Below, piece after piece: positions 62,016-64,000 of a stretch of 64,000 bases of DNA. The translations under genes were made by a program, and so were the position numbers. The notes under the pieces are model-generated. The model was not told the origin of the DNA. It made no database searches and saw only the letters and a list, made by a program, of their open reading frames with translations. Source of the DNA: Eledone cirrhosa. Taxonomy: Eukaryota. The stretch covers positions 312,046,001 to 312,110,000 of the forward strand of contig OZ024740.1 of the NCBI GenBank assembly GCA_964016885.1, given 5' to 3'. Within the stretch, counting starts at the first letter, position 1, and the number at the start of each line of letters is the position of its first letter.

Positions 62016-63257
62016 TCATACAACAAAAAGGTTAAAATGTATTTCTCCAACATGAATTACATAGATTTTCCCCAGAGCTGGCTTTTGTTGGTAGCCTGGT
62101 AATGGTGTGTGATACTGAAACAGTGGGTCATGCTGTAGCCATTCTGTTGTGAAACCATATCTTGTGTTGACATAAATGGAACAACCAAGAAGGGTTGCCA
62201 TACCAAATATTTCAGCATGAGTTGCCCAAGTACTTTCTCTTTTCATTCTCCGAATATGTTTTGAGAAACTATAGTCAATATAAGCTTCAAATTTTTCTCT
62301 ATGGCTTTCCATAAAATCACATAATTTTGCTCGTAATTTGCTGTGAAATGTCTGCTGCCCTGTCAATTCTTGGCTGATGCAGCGAAAAAAACAATTGCCA
62401 TCACTCATTACAGAGTAAATTGTCCCAAAATAACCTCCTTTTAAAATGGGGTTATTATTAACATTAGCCCTGGCATCATGAGATAAGTCCAAAAACTGAC
62501 ATATCCTTTCTTTCCATTGATGATCAATATATTTGGGAATGTAGTCAAGAGGGGGTGGAGGTTGATAAGTGGCAAAATGATTGATGAGAGAAGGATAGCC
62601 ATAGGGATAAGGGCAGTAGCGGGTAGGTGATGGAGGATGTCGAGTGTGAGTAGGAGAAGGTGGAGCTGAGCAATTACTAAGATTTCCATTTGACAAAGAG
62701 TGTTGATTATTAAGTAAGGGAAATTGGTTAGTTGGGGGAGGAGAGAAGCTGGGAGGAGAATACTGGTTATAGGGAGGAGAGGAAAAATTAGAAGGGGGAC
62801 ATTGGTTATAGGGGGGAGGAGATAAGGTAGTAGGAGAACATTGGTTAAAAGGGGGAGAGGAGAAGTTTGGAGGGGAACATTGGTTATAGGGGGGAGGGGA
62901 TAAGGTGGTAGGGGGTGGAGAGAAGCTGAGGGATTGATAATAGCTGGGAGGTGGTGCTGAGTGGGCCCTGGTATCTGGTTGTTGGGCATTAGTTGGGTAT
63001 ACAGTGTATGGAGGTGGGAACTGGGTAGCAGCGGATGAATATATAGCATTAACAGAACTGTTAGAGTTAGTATTTGGGGTATTTGTAGATGTTGTACAGC
63101 AGTTATTTGAGGTAGCTGGTGATGGTAACAAAGATGGAACATTGCCATTAGGAGTACAATTATAAGGCACAGGCTGGTACCAGTGGTTAACTGGATAGTT
63201 ATAGCAACTATTAGCAAGGTTGCTATATGAGTGAGAAAATTGAGGATTATTATTCAT
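62016..63257 (-). CDS. Intronless Pro/Ser/Tyr-rich protein with PPxY repeats and a C-terminal OTU-family deubiquitinase domain (413 aa)
   Basis: Uninterrupted ORF with OTU Cys loop MSDGNCFFRCIS (Cys codon 62391-62393), H..LR, WATHAEI..MA.LL...I.V and His loop IHFN (His codon 62037-62039). The N-terminal half has 13-aa repeats (SPPPYNQCSPPNF). A splice acceptor at 63280 is in frame with the ATG. Confidence 0.85.
   Translation of the reverse strand: MNNNPQFSHSYSNLANSCYNYPVNHWYQPVPYNCTPNGNVPSLLPSPATSNNCCTTSTNTPNTNSNSSVNAIYSSAATQFPPPYTVYPTNAQQPDTRAHSAPPPSYYQSLSFSPPPTTLSPPPYNQCSPPNFSSPPFNQCSPTTLSPPPYNQCPPSNFSSPPYNQYSPPSFSPPPTNQFPLLNNQHSLSNGNLSNCSAPPSPTHTRHPPSPTRYCPYPYGYPSLINHFATYQPPPPLDYIPKYIDHQWKERICQFLDLSHDARANVNNNPILKGGYFGTIYSVMSDGNCFFRCISQELTGQQTFHSKLRAKLCDFMESHREKFEAYIDYSFSKHIRRMKRESTWATHAEIFGMATLLGCSIYVNTRYGFTTEWLQHDPLFQYHTPLPGYQQKPALGKIYVIHVGEIHFNLFVV
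62722..62931 (-). repeat. 39-bp coding minisatellite (~5 units) inside the OTU ORF
   Basis: Repeating SPPPYNQC[SP]P.NF units; plus strand shows recurring acattggttatagggggg(a)gga. Confidence 0.85.
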
Positions 63258-64000
63258 TGGTACACACGGACTGAAACACTGAAATAGGAATCAATTTGGA
63301 CAAGCTACAGTCAAGTATTTTTTTTTCCTGCAGGCTACAAAAATAATTCCAAACTAAAGAAAAAAGTCAATATTTGAAGTGCAACAAAACGAAGTCACAA
63401 ATAACCAAATAAATGAATGTAAAATTAAATAAGCAAATAAGTTGCAGTAAAATAGGTATTTTTCCTCCACTTTTACGATTTTCATTTGTCAAATTTTGTA
63501 TGAAGTATATAAATGAAAAACACGTAGCTTAATAAAAATATGTTGATACATTTTTTAAAATCCAGTTTGAATGCGTTGGATGTTAAATAGTAGTTCCTAC
63601 CAACTGAAATTTTAGTTTTTGTATCCTCATAGAACAACAAATCATCAAATTGCTTCAGTTGTCACCAGTAATATTTTAACCCAGTGTCTGGCATTCCTCC
63701 TCCTATAATCCTAAATCTGTGGTTGAACATGCGCACAATTATTAGAGGAGAAAGATTTAAAGCAAGGCCTACTTATATATAGATTAACTAGATATGAGAT
63801 TATCCAGCTTACAGAAACCTTCAAAGTCTGCCAAAGCTAATATAGAGAAAATAACAACAGACAACAGCTGAACAAATGTGTATAGTAACAGTATCTTCTG
63901 CTGATGGACTTGGTAAGAAGTAATGCAGTTTGTGATGAAGTTACTAGTGAGAATATAGATAAAGCAATAAAATTTATACAGTCAGCAAACTTTAGAACAG

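Noticed and set aside
62441-63217. 258-aa overlapping alternative-frame ORF on the OTU gene
   Set aside because: It starts at TTG and is an L/P/I/T low-complexity translation. The C-rich Pro/Ser repeats depress stop-codon frequency, and the frame closes where the OTU domain begins, so it is likely a compositional by-product.

Overview
This is AT-rich, intron-containing animal genomic DNA. Its SINE/MITE/LINE content looks octopod-cephalopod-like (inference). Three spliced genes can be built from GT-AG exons with consistent reading phase. IFT70/TTC30 (minus strand, first 8 coding exons) runs off the left edge. CCDC47 (plus strand) is complete, 13 coding exons and 486 aa, and is divergent from IFT70. 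The last two coding exons of a WIP/verprolin (WIPF)-like gene (minus strand) are convergent with CCDC47. An intact single-exon 413-aa ORF lies in the apparent WIPF intron; it encodes a PPxY-rich tandem-repeat N-terminus fused to a catalytically complete OTU deubiquitinase domain. The rest is transposon-derived: tRNA-type SINEs, CR1, RTE and CRE-like LINE fragments, a Tc1 deletion derivative, tandem non-autonomous Helitrons, piggyBac-type MITEs and foldback hairpins. There is also a ~320-bp repeat carrying a minimal hammerhead-ribozyme motif (Penelope pLTR/retrozyme-like). Gene and family names come from recognising motifs, not from database searches, and repeat boundaries are approximate.
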